The notes under the pieces are model-generated. The model saw only the letters and a list, made by a program, of their open reading frames with translations. It was not told the DNA's origin and did no database searches. Of a DNA stretch of 64,000 bases, positions 36,623-47,300 are shown piece by piece. Source of the DNA: an uncultured Bacteroidia bacterium (GTDB lineage Bacteria; Bacteroidota; Bacteroidia; Bacteroidales; CAJPTX01); the NCBI GenBank assembly GCA_963540065.1, contig CAUTNK010000012.1, positions 15,660-79,659 of the forward strand, written 5' to 3'. A program made the position numbers and the translations under genes. How positions within the stretch are numbered: the first letter of the stretch is position 1; the number at the start of each line of letters is the position of its first letter.

Positions 36623-37438
36623 ATGTCCGTGGAAGGAAAAAGAAGAGTCATCACCACACACGTCCTACAAACCATGAAGGAACGCGGTGAGCGCATCGCG
36701 ATGTTAACTTCCTACGATTTCTCCATGGCGCGAATCCTCGACCAAGCCGGTATCGACGTCATTCTTGTAGGCGATTCTGCTGCCAATGTTATGGCCGGAT
36801 TCGAATCTACACTCCCCATCACCCTCGAGGATATGATCTATCATGCCGCTTCTGTAGTTCGTGCTGTAAATCACGCTCTGGTAGTTGTCGATATGCCATT
36901 CGGATCCTATCAGGGCGACTCCCAGCGTGCCCTCCAATCCGCTATACGAATTATGAAGGAGAGCGGTGCGGATGCCATAAAAATGGAAGGTGGTGTCGAG
37001 ATCCTGGATTCTGTAAACCGAATTCTATCTGCCGGAATACCCATCATGGGGCACCTAGGGCTAACCCCGCAAAGTATTCATAAATTCGGTACCTATGTGG
37101 TGCGTGCTACAGAAGAAGAGGAAGCAGACCGACTTGTAGCTGATGCCCAAGAGTTGGAAGCAGCCGGATGCTTTTCGATTGTCTTGGAAAAAATCCCCGC
37201 AAAGCTCGGGGCAGAAGTCGCTCGCAAACTACGTATCCCCGTAATCGGTATCGGAGCCGGAAGAGGAGTAGACGGACAAGTTTTGGTTACGCACGACATG
37301 CTCGGAATTACCGAAGCCTTCTCCCCCAGATTCTTACGCCGTTACGCTGCCCTCGGCGAAGAAATGTTTACTGCCTTCAAATCCTATATACAAGATGTCA
37401 AAGATGCCGACTTCCCAAACGAAAAAGAACAGTACTAA
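36623..37438 (+). CDS. panB: 3-methyl-2-oxobutanoate hydroxymethyltransferase
   Basis: Motifs [44 protein letters not shown] and AIKMEGG. The ATG is at 36623; the track start at 36608 is TTG. Confidence 0.93.
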   Translation: MSVEGKRRVITTHVLQTMKERGERIAMLTSYDFSMARILDQAGIDVILVGDSAANVMAGFESTLPITLEDMIYHAASVVRAVNHALVVVDMPFGSYQGDSQRALQSAIRIMKESGADAIKMEGGVEILDSVNRILSAGIPIMGHLGLTPQSIHKFGTYVVRATEEEEADRLVADAQELEAAGCFSIVLEKIPAKLGAEVARKLRIPVIGIGAGRGVDGQVLVTHDMLGITEAFSPRFLRRYAALGEEMFTAFKSYIQDVKDADFPNEKEQY

Positions 37439-38144
37439 ACAAAAAACGCAGCATTCAAATTCCACCCACTCACCCCTATTACCCCGAATTCTTTACGAAG
37501 ACAAACACCTTCTTATCCTAAATAAAGAAGTCGCAGAAATTGTCCAAGACGACAAAACGGGCGATACCTCACTACTTACCCAATTGCGTGAGGCTATCAA
37601 AGTCCGTGACCAGAAACCCGGAAATGTCTACCTACAAGCCGTACATCGCATAGATCGCCCCGTATCTGGGCTCGTACTTTTTGCTAAGGTCGATAGAGTC
37701 CTACCCAAACTCCACGAACAGTTTCGCGACGGACGTGTCGAGCGCTTTTATTATGCACTGGTCGAAGGACGCCCTACCGACACAGAAGCCACCATACAAT
37801 CCTACCTAACACGAAATGAGCGACTGAATAAAACCTTCATAACCCGTCAAGCCAATCCCAAGGCTCAACTCGCTACCCTAGCCTACGAGATGGTGGGTGT
37901 TACGAGGAGTTTTTCTCTACTAAAAGTGCAACTCTTTACCGGGCGTCATCACCAGATTCGCGCACAGTTGGCTAGCATAGGATGCCCAATCCGCGGCGAT
38001 CTCAAATATGGTGCAAAACGAAGTCTTCCAAATGCCGGCATTGCCCTTCATGCCTTTTCCTTAAACTTCGAACACCCTATCACGCACGAAAATATTCACG
38101 TAGAAGCTCCATGCCCTTTCCTCAATATGCTGGTCAACGGCTAA
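37395..38144 (+). CDS. RluA-family pseudouridine synthase
   Basis: Motifs [29 protein letters not shown] and [11 protein letters not shown]. Overlaps the panB 3' end. Confidence 0.85.
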   Translation: MSKMPTSQTKKNSTKQKTQHSNSTHSPLLPRILYEDKHLLILNKEVAEIVQDDKTGDTSLLTQLREAIKVRDQKPGNVYLQAVHRIDRPVSGLVLFAKVDRVLPKLHEQFRDGRVERFYYALVEGRPTDTEATIQSYLTRNERLNKTFITRQANPKAQLATLAYEMVGVTRSFSLLKVQLFTGRHHQIRAQLASIGCPIRGDLKYGAKRSLPNAGIALHAFSLNFEHPITHENIHVEAPCPFLNMLVNG

Positions 38145-38205
38145 ATACATTCACCCTTCCTTCCAAATCTGCATCGCCCCGAAAAGTATCCATTGCTCTC
38201 AACGC

Positions 38206-38412
38206 ATCGCGCACGTCTAAAAGAACGCTTGTCGCCCGCCTAGAAAGAGTAACGCCGGGGGGCATAAACGGTCGCACTAATCTCCCCTTCTAGTCTTCTT
38301 CCTCTTTTCAACTAGTCTTCTCCCTCTTGGTAGCGTCCGCCTAGAAAGGGTAACGCCGGAGGGAAAGAGCAGTTGCGCAAAACGCGTAGCGTCCGCCTAA
38401 AAGAATGCCCGT
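38206..38412. repeat. Three to four copies of a ~30-bp motif, plus a tandem CT-rich duplication, upstream of the methyltransferase gene
   Basis: tgtcgcccgcctagaaagagtaacgccgggggg (38229-38262), gtagcgtccgcctagaaagggtaacgccggaggg (38330-38363), gtagcgtccgcctaaaagaatgcccg (38385-38410), and a degenerate copy near 38206. Between them: ctagtcttcttcctctt / ctagtcttctccctctt. Confidence 0.7.
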
Positions 38413-38422
38413 CTAAAAATCC

Positions 38423-38430
38423 TATCTTTG
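38423..38430 (+). promoter_or_regulatory. Bacteroidota-type -7 promoter box (TAnnTTTG)
   Basis: TATCTTTG lies 19 nt upstream of the ATG at 38449. Confidence 0.4.
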
Positions 38431-38448
38431 AAGCAAAGAAATCCGCCG

Positions 38449-41112
38449 ATGAGCCCGCTACAAGCTTACATCGCTCGCCTCGCGCAAGAATACAAAACGG
38501 GGGTTACTACAGAGCCTGTAACTTCTGTTTCGAAGTTAGCGCTTCTGATGGCAGGCAAGGCGCAACTGCTGGCTCGTTCAATCGCTACAATTCTTACAGA
38601 CGAAAAAAGCGAAGCGGCACAAGATTTCTTGCAACAAATCGCGAGGATGAAAGAGGTATTGCGAAGCGATGTTTCTCCCACAGAGTTTGCCGACTGGTAC
38701 GCACAAACCCTTGTTTACGGCTTGTTTGCTGCACGCTACCATGCTTCTGATACGGAACTTTTTACTCGCGAAGCTGCTGCAAAGCTCATCCCCCAAAGCA
38801 ACCCCTTCTTGCGCAAACTCTTCCAACGTCTTGGCGTCTATGATCTCGATGTCCGCGTGGCGTGGATTATAGACGATCTTGTGGGCGTTTTTGGTGCAAC
38901 CGACGTGCGATCACTTCTCGACGCCAACAAGGCAGAGCGCGATCCCGTTATGCTCTTCTACGAGGATTTCCTAACAGCTTACAACCCTGAGCGGCGCAAA
39001 GCTCGCGGTGTTTACTATACGCCTGCTCCTGTGGTCTCGTTTATTGTTCGCGCAGTAGACGATTTGCTACAAAAGGAGTTTGGGCTAAAGGACGGTTTGG
39101 CGGACTATAGCCAAGCATCAGACGGTAAACACCGCTTGCAGATCCTAGACCCGGCCACGGGTACAGGTACATTTCTGGTGGAGGTAGTTCGTAAGATTTA
39201 TAGCAAGTTTGAGGGGCAGCAGGGCGTGTGGAACGACTACGTCCGCGATCATCTCCTCCCGCGCTTGCATGGCTACGAGATTCTGATGGCGCCTTACGCG
39301 ATGGCACACCTGAACTTGGAATATGTTTTTCGCGAAACCGGCGCTACCTTCCTTGGCGAGTCTCGCTATGGCATCTACCTCACCAACACTCTCGAGGACA
39401 CGCATTTCGACGGTAATCTCTTCTCGCCCATAGACCAAGAGGCACAGGCGGTAAGTCAGCTCAAGCAAGGTATGCGCGTGATGGTGATGTTGGGCAATCC
39501 TCCCTACAACGTAAGTAGCTCAAATAAGAGTAAATGGATAGAAAATCTGTTGCTCTCCTACAAGCAGGAGCTGGACGAACAAAACATTCAACCACTATCA
39601 GACGATTACATAAAGTTTATTCGTTGCGCACAGTACCAAATCGAACGCACAGGCGAGGGTATTGTCGCATTCATCACCAACAACAGTTTTTTGGACGGAG
39701 TCATCCACCGCCAAATGCGTAAAGAACTTTTGCAGACCTTCGATGCGCTCTACATCGTCAATCTGCATGGCAACAGTCGCTTAAAGGAAAAAACACCAGA
39801 TGGCAGAAAAGACGAAAACGTATTTAATATCCAACAGGGGGTAAGTATTAACATCTTTGTAAAACACAGGAATAAGAAGACAAAGGCAAAACAGGCGAAG
39901 CTGTTTTTTCATGAATTGTATGGTTTAAGAGATGCTAAATTGCAGATTCTACATGCCCTAAATTTAGAGCCAACCCAGTGGCGAACCTTGCACCCCAGAG
40001 CTCCGTATTTCTTCTTTGTGGAAAAGGATTTTAGTCTGCAGAAAGAGTATCAAAAAGGGTTTTCGCTTGCAGAATTATTTGTGAGTTACGGTCAAGGGAG
40101 CTATTCCAAACGAGATCATGTAGCCATTCGGTTCCAAAAGCGCGAAGCCGAGGATTTGCTTCGAGATGCGCAAACACTATCTGAGCAAGAGTTTCGAGTA
40201 AAATATGATGCTGGTGCGGATCGCGATTGGAAGGTAAAAGCTACACTTAGCGATGCGCAAACTTACGGCAAAAGTGCAGTAGTAATTCCATATTGTTATC
40301 GTCCTTACGATAACCGAAATGTCGTGTATACAGGACATAAAGGTTTTTTTGCACGTCCCTGTTTTGATACTTTCGGAAGTCTTTTAAGCATACAGAATTT
40401 TGCTTTGTGTGCTACAAGACAAGTGCGCCAAAATCGCTACAGACATTGCTTTATTACGCAATATTTGGCAGATAAAGCTTCTATATCCGATGTATCGCAT
40501 ATTTTCCCCCTCTACCGTCTCCCCGAAGGGTGGGACTATACTCCTGTTGAGATTGCGACAGGAGTAACGAAATCTGGGCAAAAGATAGAGCTCGAACTCA
40601 ATATGCGACTGGAGGAGCTCGCTAAAATAAGCGAAACAATTGGTGAACCTGTACGTGGCAAGGAAGTGTTTGATTACATTTACGGCGTGCTAAACGATAG
40701 GGAGTATCGCACCAAGTATTTCGAATTCCTCAAGATAGAATACCCGCGCATCCCATACCCCAAGGACAAGGCAGAGTATCAGCGCTTTGTACAGAAGGGC
40801 GAGTATCTCCGTCGTTTGCACTTAATGGACGAAACCCTAGCCCTCCCACCAGTCGCAACCTTCGATATCGCAGGATCCAACCTTGTAGAATGCGTTCGTT
40901 ATGACGAATCAACCCAACGCCTCTGGATCAACGATACCCAGTACTTCGCTCACGTTCCTCTTGCCGTTTGGGATCACTACGTGGGCGCCTACCAGCCTGC
41001 TCGCTTGTGGTTGCAGAAGCGCATTGGTCGCCGTCTCGATTACGACGACGTACGTTGGTACTTACGCATTTGCGCTACCATTGCAGCAGAGCTGAAATTC
41101 CGGGGGGAGTGA
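38449..41112 (+). CDS. N6-adenine DNA methyltransferase with C-terminal specificity region, resembling the MTase-TRD half of Type ISP/IIG enzymes; no nuclease or helicase module
   Basis: Motif I LQILDPATGTGTFLVEVV and motif IV VMLGNPPYNVSS, then AFITNNSFLDG. The C-terminal EYPRIPYPKD...GEYLRRLHLMDE resembles what I recall of the Type ISP C-terminal specificity domain. The track start at 38428 is TTG; the ATG is at 38449. Confidence 0.75.
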   Translation: MSPLQAYIARLAQEYKTGVTTEPVTSVSKLALLMAGKAQLLARSIATILTDEKSEAAQDFLQQIARMKEVLRSDVSPTEFADWYAQTLVYGLFAARYHASDTELFTREAAAKLIPQSNPFLRKLFQRLGVYDLDVRVAWIIDDLVGVFGATDVRSLLDANKAERDPVMLFYEDFLTAYNPERRKARGVYYTPAPVVSFIVRAVDDLLQKEFGLKDGLADYSQASDGKHRLQILDPATGTGTFLVEVVRKIYSKFEGQQGVWNDYVRDHLLPRLHGYEILMAPYAMAHLNLEYVFRETGATFLGESRYGIYLTNTLEDTHFDGNLFSPIDQEAQAVSQLKQGMRVMVMLGNPPYNVSSSNKSKWIENLLLSYKQELDEQNIQPLSDDYIKFIRCAQYQIERTGEGIVAFITNNSFLDGVIHRQMRKELLQTFDALYIVNLHGNSRLKEKTPDGRKDENVFNIQQGVSINIFVKHRNKKTKAKQAKLFFHELYGLRDAKLQILHALNLEPTQWRTLHPRAPYFFFVEKDFSLQKEYQKGFSLAELFVSYGQGSYSKRDHVAIRFQKREAEDLLRDAQTLSEQEFRVKYDAGADRDWKVKATLSDAQTYGKSAVVIPYCYRPYDNRNVVYTGHKGFFARPCFDTFGSLLSIQNFALCATRQVRQNRYRHCFITQYLADKASISDVSHIFPLYRLPEGWDYTPVEIATGVTKSGQKIELELNMRLEELAKISETIGEPVRGKEVFDYIYGVLNDREYRTKYFEFLKIEYPRIPYPKDKAEYQRFVQKGEYLRRLHLMDETLALPPVATFDIAGSNLVECVRYDESTQRLWINDTQYFAHVPLAVWDHYVGAYQPARLWLQKRIGRRLDYDDVRWYLRICATIAAELKFRGE

Positions 41113-41285
41113 TCTAACTCTCCAGTCCCCGCTATACGGTCGCTTATATAAATGCATTCTACATTGCTATATATTTTTCCACCCAATTATCGCAACTTAC
41201 CCTACCTAATCTATTAATTTTCTCTGATTGGTCAATTCTTTTCATATTATACCGCCTACCATGCGGCTATGGAGCTACATTACAT

Positions 41286-41293
41286 TACCTTTG
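41286..41293 (+). promoter_or_regulatory. Bacteroidota-type -7 promoter box (TAnnTTTG) for the giant gene
   Basis: TACCTTTG lies 105 nt upstream of the ATG at 41398 and abuts an 8-bp inverted repeat. Confidence 0.4.
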
Positions 41294-41397
41294 TGTAGCC
41301 AAGGGAGGTAGGCTACACTTCGAACAAATACGGTTTCGCTTTCGTAAACGGGGTAAGGGCGTACTACCCAAAGTTGTTCAGTTGATTATAAAATGGA

Positions 41398-44300
41398 ATG
41401 GTGATGATACGACAGAATTATCTAAAACATTTCCTTCTATTTCTGTTGCTATGCTGGGTGAGTGCCCTAGCTGCACAGAACCTGAGGTTAGTGCCGGAAT
41501 GGAAAAAAGGTCCCTATGGTACAGATGAAGACGGTAATAAAATCCTCTATTGGCAGGATTTTGAAGAAGAAAAAGAACCTAAGCCGCAAAACACTCAAGA
41601 ATATAAAAACCTATGGGAAAAGCAAGACTGGATCACTCCCATAGGATGGGAGTTCAATTGGAACAGTTTCAAAAAATCATCCAACAACGTCTTCATAAGG
41701 TGGCTTATAAAGGCGCAAGGAGCTAACCAGACGCCTTTCCAGTCACATTCTCCAAACCTCCATCTAAGGTACGATGCGCACGACGAGCAAGCCTTTACAG
41801 GAATCTATACGCCGGTTATGGACCTCAGGAAAGCAAAAGTCGAGTCTCCTACCCTTAAATTCTGGTTCGCAGCTCCTAAAAGAACAGCAACCGACGCACT
41901 GATTGTCAAGTTCAAGACGAATAAATTCGGTGAACACTATGTTTTAGAAACCTATAACGAAGCTCACGAAGATTTTGTACTAAAAACGATATCACTCGCC
42001 GAAGCTTTCAAAAAGTTCAGTATACAAGATAAAGACCGCGGTACCATACAAATTATGTTCGAAGGGCATCTCCATCTCGGTGGTGGTCTGAACATAGACG
42101 ACGTAATGATTGTCGAAGTGGCTGGTAACCCCTCAAAGTTAGGGCGTACAGGCTTTGTACAGCTCACAAACCCCGTAGGTACCGATACAAAGCTTAACGA
42201 AATAGCTCGGGTATTTATGGAAATTACTTCTGGAGCAGGCTACTACAAAGTCTCCAAAATGAAATTTAATTATAAAGGCGATAATACTACTGATGTAGAA
42301 AAATTCTACTTGTACCACACCACTACCCCATACTTCTCTTCGCAAGAAGAAAATAAACTCTGCGATCTTACACTTTCGGGTACGGAATTGCAGATTTCTA
42401 ATATGCCCACTGACGATAAAGCTAAATTCCGTTCGGGCGAGCACTATTTTTGGGTCGTAGCCGATCTTAAAGCATCGGCAGAGTTGAAACACAAAGTTAC
42501 CCTACAATTACCTAAGGACGCTGTAGAACTTCAGTATTATGCCGATAATGACAGCCCCCTCGCTACGGAAGATAGGAAATTCCCTGATACTGAGCAATAC
42601 GATCAATCACGCTATTGTCGTGTCTACAAGTGTCTCGCTAAAGAAGATTTTGAGAATAACAACCCCTCTTGGACGCTTACCGATTATTGGAAAATCGGCG
42701 AACCCGTCCACGACGCCGCACTGACCAAGTTCAAGACTGCCCCAACAAAAGCGTTTAACGGTAAAAATGTCTTAGCTACAGCCCAACTTTACGATAATTC
42801 CGAGCACGTTACCGAAAAAGGACACCTCGACGGACAATATACCGACGGCTTGCGTTTCGAAAATACCCGTGCTACGTATAGCCTATCCGCAGGTATTAAC
42901 GCGGAATTCTATCGCGATATCCGGTTTAAGGCTAGATATTGTCTGAATTCGACACCTGACGATAAATTCCGTCTCGTCATTATTACCGATAAGGACGAAG
43001 CTCACGGCATCCCTCGTGATATCGAAACCGTCGTATGGGATAACACTACACGTACAACCATGATCGGCTGGAATACACTCGATGTCGATCTCTCGCTCGC
43101 AGCTACGAGAAACAAAAAGTTCCGCTTCCGCTTCGAAATGGAAACCAAGGATGACGAAGAAACCCAATCCGGTCTTTTCATAGACGATATACAAATCCTA
43201 GGCGATTACATTAAAAAGGACATAGGTATCGTAAAAGTAGAACCACCACAGGATTTTCCAATGTCTAACGTATCCAAGGTTAAGATTACCGTCAAGAACT
43301 TTGGTAGCGAAGATATTACAGGCGGATACATTGTATACCTCACTCTCAATGGTAAGAAAACTATTCACGAGCAATCAGGAACGCTAGCTAAAGGTGCAGA
43401 ACAAACAATAGAAATATCAGGTTTGGAGCTTGCTCCAGATCCCAATAAAGCGGCTATTGCCAACGAAAAGCAACTTACCGTAGAAGTAGCTCTTTCCGGT
43501 GATAAGGAAGGTGCGACCTCGGGCGAAAAGGACGACGACAAAACCAACAACGTTATGTCCGTGCGCTTTTACTCCTTCCCCGTCTACGAGATTGAAGCGC
43601 ATTCGGCTACAAAGAAATACCCACTCAATAATCGTTTCGACCGACTCCTGCACTGGTTCCCAGAAGCCCTCACTGTACAATATACCCCCTCTTGGGTCGA
43701 AACCTTTATCGATACCCACGAGAAGTTTAAGAATAACCCCCTTTATGCAAACGTACCATACTCCTATCGCGTTTGGACTACGGGTTTACCTTACACTTCC
43801 CTCAACGAAAAATCTACTCTCACTGGTCCTATCTTCGATCTCCAAGGCTCAGATCCTAAGGAGTTTATCGTGGGCTTTGTATACGAGAAAGAGCAAACAC
43901 AGACAAATCCTTCCAAGTTCTGGTTCGAATACAGAACAGATACTGATAAAAATTGGAAGACACTAACTACACCAACTACCACCGAACCCAAATGGTCTGA
44001 AAATTGGTACACGTCCACTAAACAATACTGGGAACTGAATCAGGATATCTCCGGCTTTAAGGTTGCTAAAGTTCAGTTGCCGCTTACTACCGGGAAAATA
44101 CAGATCCGTGCACATTTCGAAGCAGGTGCTGAGCAAACCAAAGGTATTACAATAAGCGGATTTGAAGTTCGCGAAATTCGTCCAGATTTAGAAATCGCAG
44201 GGATTCTACCAACACCAACTTGCGAGCGCATAGGTGCTAAGAAGTTACAGATCCAAGTAAAGAACAATGGTCCTGTAGACTCCAAAGCATTTAGTTGCCC

Positions 44301-47300
44301 TGCTACGGTGCGTGTATACGAATACCTGAAAGAGAGTGCTTATACAAGCAACAATGTCTACGATGATGATTTGTTCCGTCTCCGCGGCGAACACTTGGTG
44401 GCTCTGAATCTGACTGACCTAACAAAAGGCGCCCAGCAAACCTTCGATACAGATATCGAGTTCCCATGGGATGTTTCCGACTGGGGATACAAATTGGTGA
44501 TAGAATTACACCCAGAAACAACGGCTAATAAACAAGAAATAGACGAAAACGCACTAAATAATACCTATCAAGGCGATATCGTCTCCAAATTCCCCTACTT
44601 CCCCGTTATAAAGAATCTCTTGGTACAAGCCACAGGGACGAATGTATATTACGTGCGAGATTTCCCACAAATTATACAAGCGAAAATAGACGGAATACAC
44701 AACTTCCAGTTAGCTTCTACAAGTTGGACCCTAACACCAGGCGAGGCTGAAGAGAAAGGAAGCGGTATGGTGCAAGTTAATAAGGAAACGACCTTAACTC
44801 TGAAATATGCCCTGAAATATAAGTATCCGAAATATGCAGGGCAGCAATGCGAAAATCTACAACTCCAATTTCAGGTTAAGAAAAATACAATCGACTTTAA
44901 AATTACAAAAGTTGAATTCCTTGATCAAGAAAACCCAGAAAAGACACAAGGGTGCTATAAACAGAATGGCGAAAAAGTGAAAGTAACTGTAACCACACAA
45001 GTGGCTACCAAAGAACCGACACTAGATCTCTATATAAATGGTGCAAAGGCTACGCCGAATGTTACAACAGAGCCCGCGCAACAAGATAAAACCTATACCT
45101 TATTTATAAATGATGCGAAATTCCCAAAAGGTTACTCGCAAGTAGAAATAGTGGCAGTTGATAAAACAGACCATGAGGATGGCTCGGTATATGTGAATAA
45201 CTATCATGCTGACTCTCTCTTCCGTGCTGATCCCCAAGTGCCCACCGTATATTGGAGAAACAAAGAGATACAGGGTAGTATACAACCTGTACCCAAAAAC
45301 GCAGCCGGTATAGGTTATGTGAGTAACTACGTAGGACGTCTTGAGCTCTACGTACCCCCAGTATCCGGTGCTACTTACCAATGGTACAAAGGCAATCCAG
45401 ATGCTACTACCTTCGAAGAGCTTATGAAGATGGAGGGGCAAACTATTAATTACCTAAACCTTAGCGAAGAGTCGGCTACCTACGGCGTTAAGGTTAAGTA
45501 CGGAACCTGTGGCGAACAGCAGTCTATGGTGGTTGTAGTGCGTACCGACGATCTAGAGCTCGTTGCCTTCACGGGTATCGCAGCTACCGGTATTTGCGAG
45601 TCGCAAGGACAATTGCCTCTCGAGGTCGATATCAGAAATAACTCCCGTACAGAATACAAGCCAGGAACCAAATTGCGCTTTAAGCTCAAGATTACCAATG
45701 GTCATCCTTCCGAAAAGACTTACGATGTCGAGTTACAAACAAGTATGACGCCACAAGCCGTAAATACCATACTTATAGCTAATCTTTCCGCTAGCGAGTA
45801 CGAGAAAGGTGATAATACCTTCGAATTAGAGTTCCTAGGTATCCTCTCCAATGGCTCTGTGGTGCCTGACGGTAACAAGGAAAACAATAAGCTCATTCGT
45901 AAAGTGAGCGTGCTCCCCAGTCCTACCGTCTCTATAATGCCAGCAACGCAAAATAAGATTTTCACATCTCTCGAATCTTATACTATTACGCCGACCTATG
46001 GTGGCGATCCTGCTGTAAAATACGTATGGTCGAGTAAGAATTCGGGCGATATGAACTTTACTGACGAAACTGCAGCTACGCCCAACTTCACTGTCACCGG
46101 AGCGCCCAAGGATCAGTATCGTATCACTGCGCACGGAGCTGCCGGATGTACTGCAGAAGCTACGGTTACATTTATACAAACCGATCTAGAAATTGCCAAT
46201 ATCATATCCCCAGCCAGTGCATGCGATCTCAGCAAGAGTAGTTTCGATTACGTAGAATTCCTTGTTAAGAATACAGGCTCTAAGGATATTGAAGACGCCA
46301 CTGATCCGAAAATTAAGGTCAAAATAACCTTAGACAACAACGTACTTAAAGAAGTCTCTGAAAGTATCCTTACCGATATCAGAAAAGTGGGCAATTCGCA
46401 GAATTACCGCATCTCTGTAGAAGGGCTGAAGGAAAAACTGAAAACTGGAGATACACATACCCTAAAGGTTGAGATAGACCTAGAGGGAGCCACCGATGTA
46501 AATAAAGCCAACAATACCTATACAACTACGCTCCGCTCTTATGGCGATCCAGTATTCGATATGAAATATAATCTTGCCGGTGTTACTACACCAATTACAC
46601 CAGGGCAGAAGATTGAATACTATAGCAGTTCGGCTACTAAATTTTCTATAGAAGTAACGCCCGATCATAATGAAGATGTCTTTGCTTGGCAATTTGGTCC
46701 TGATAATACTATTTCTTCTATTGTAGATATTTTGAAAGGAACTGATGAGGAGATTCTGGGAGGTACAGGAACTGAAGTAAAAGAGAAAGAGTTGGATTTG
46801 CCTAATGCCTTCACGAAAATGAAGAGCTTAGACCGATTAGGCTCTGGATTTTATTATTTGACGGTGAGAACACCTGCAGGGTGCTCGGTTACTAAACATT
46901 TCGAATTGCAAGTTATTCGGAAAGATATCGCCGTTAGCAACATAGAGCCACCAAAGAGTGCTTGCTCCTATTCGCAGACACCTAAAGTGGGTATGAAAAT
47001 TAAGAATTTAGGCAACCAGATTATAACAAGAGGTACAAAATTCAAACTTACGGTTACGGCTTATAAAGATGAAGAATGTACACAAGTTGCTGCTACTTAC
47101 AAAGAAGAGAATTTTGAGCTAGAACAAGATCTCTTAGTAAATAACGAGGTATCTAAATATTTTGATTGTGACGTGATTGCGAGAAAAGCCTCCGGTGATG
47201 TTGAAGAATTTGATGGAAAGTCTATTTATTTCGCTGCTGAGGTAGAGTTTGTGGAAGCACTGGATAAGGATCGCGATTTCGATAAGACAAACAATAAGAT

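Noticed and set aside
38373-38750. 125-aa ORF overlapping the methyltransferase 5' end
   Set aside because: It is in a different frame from the 894-aa ORF, which carries conserved methyltransferase motifs, and it has an Arg/Cys-rich composition typical of off-frame translation.
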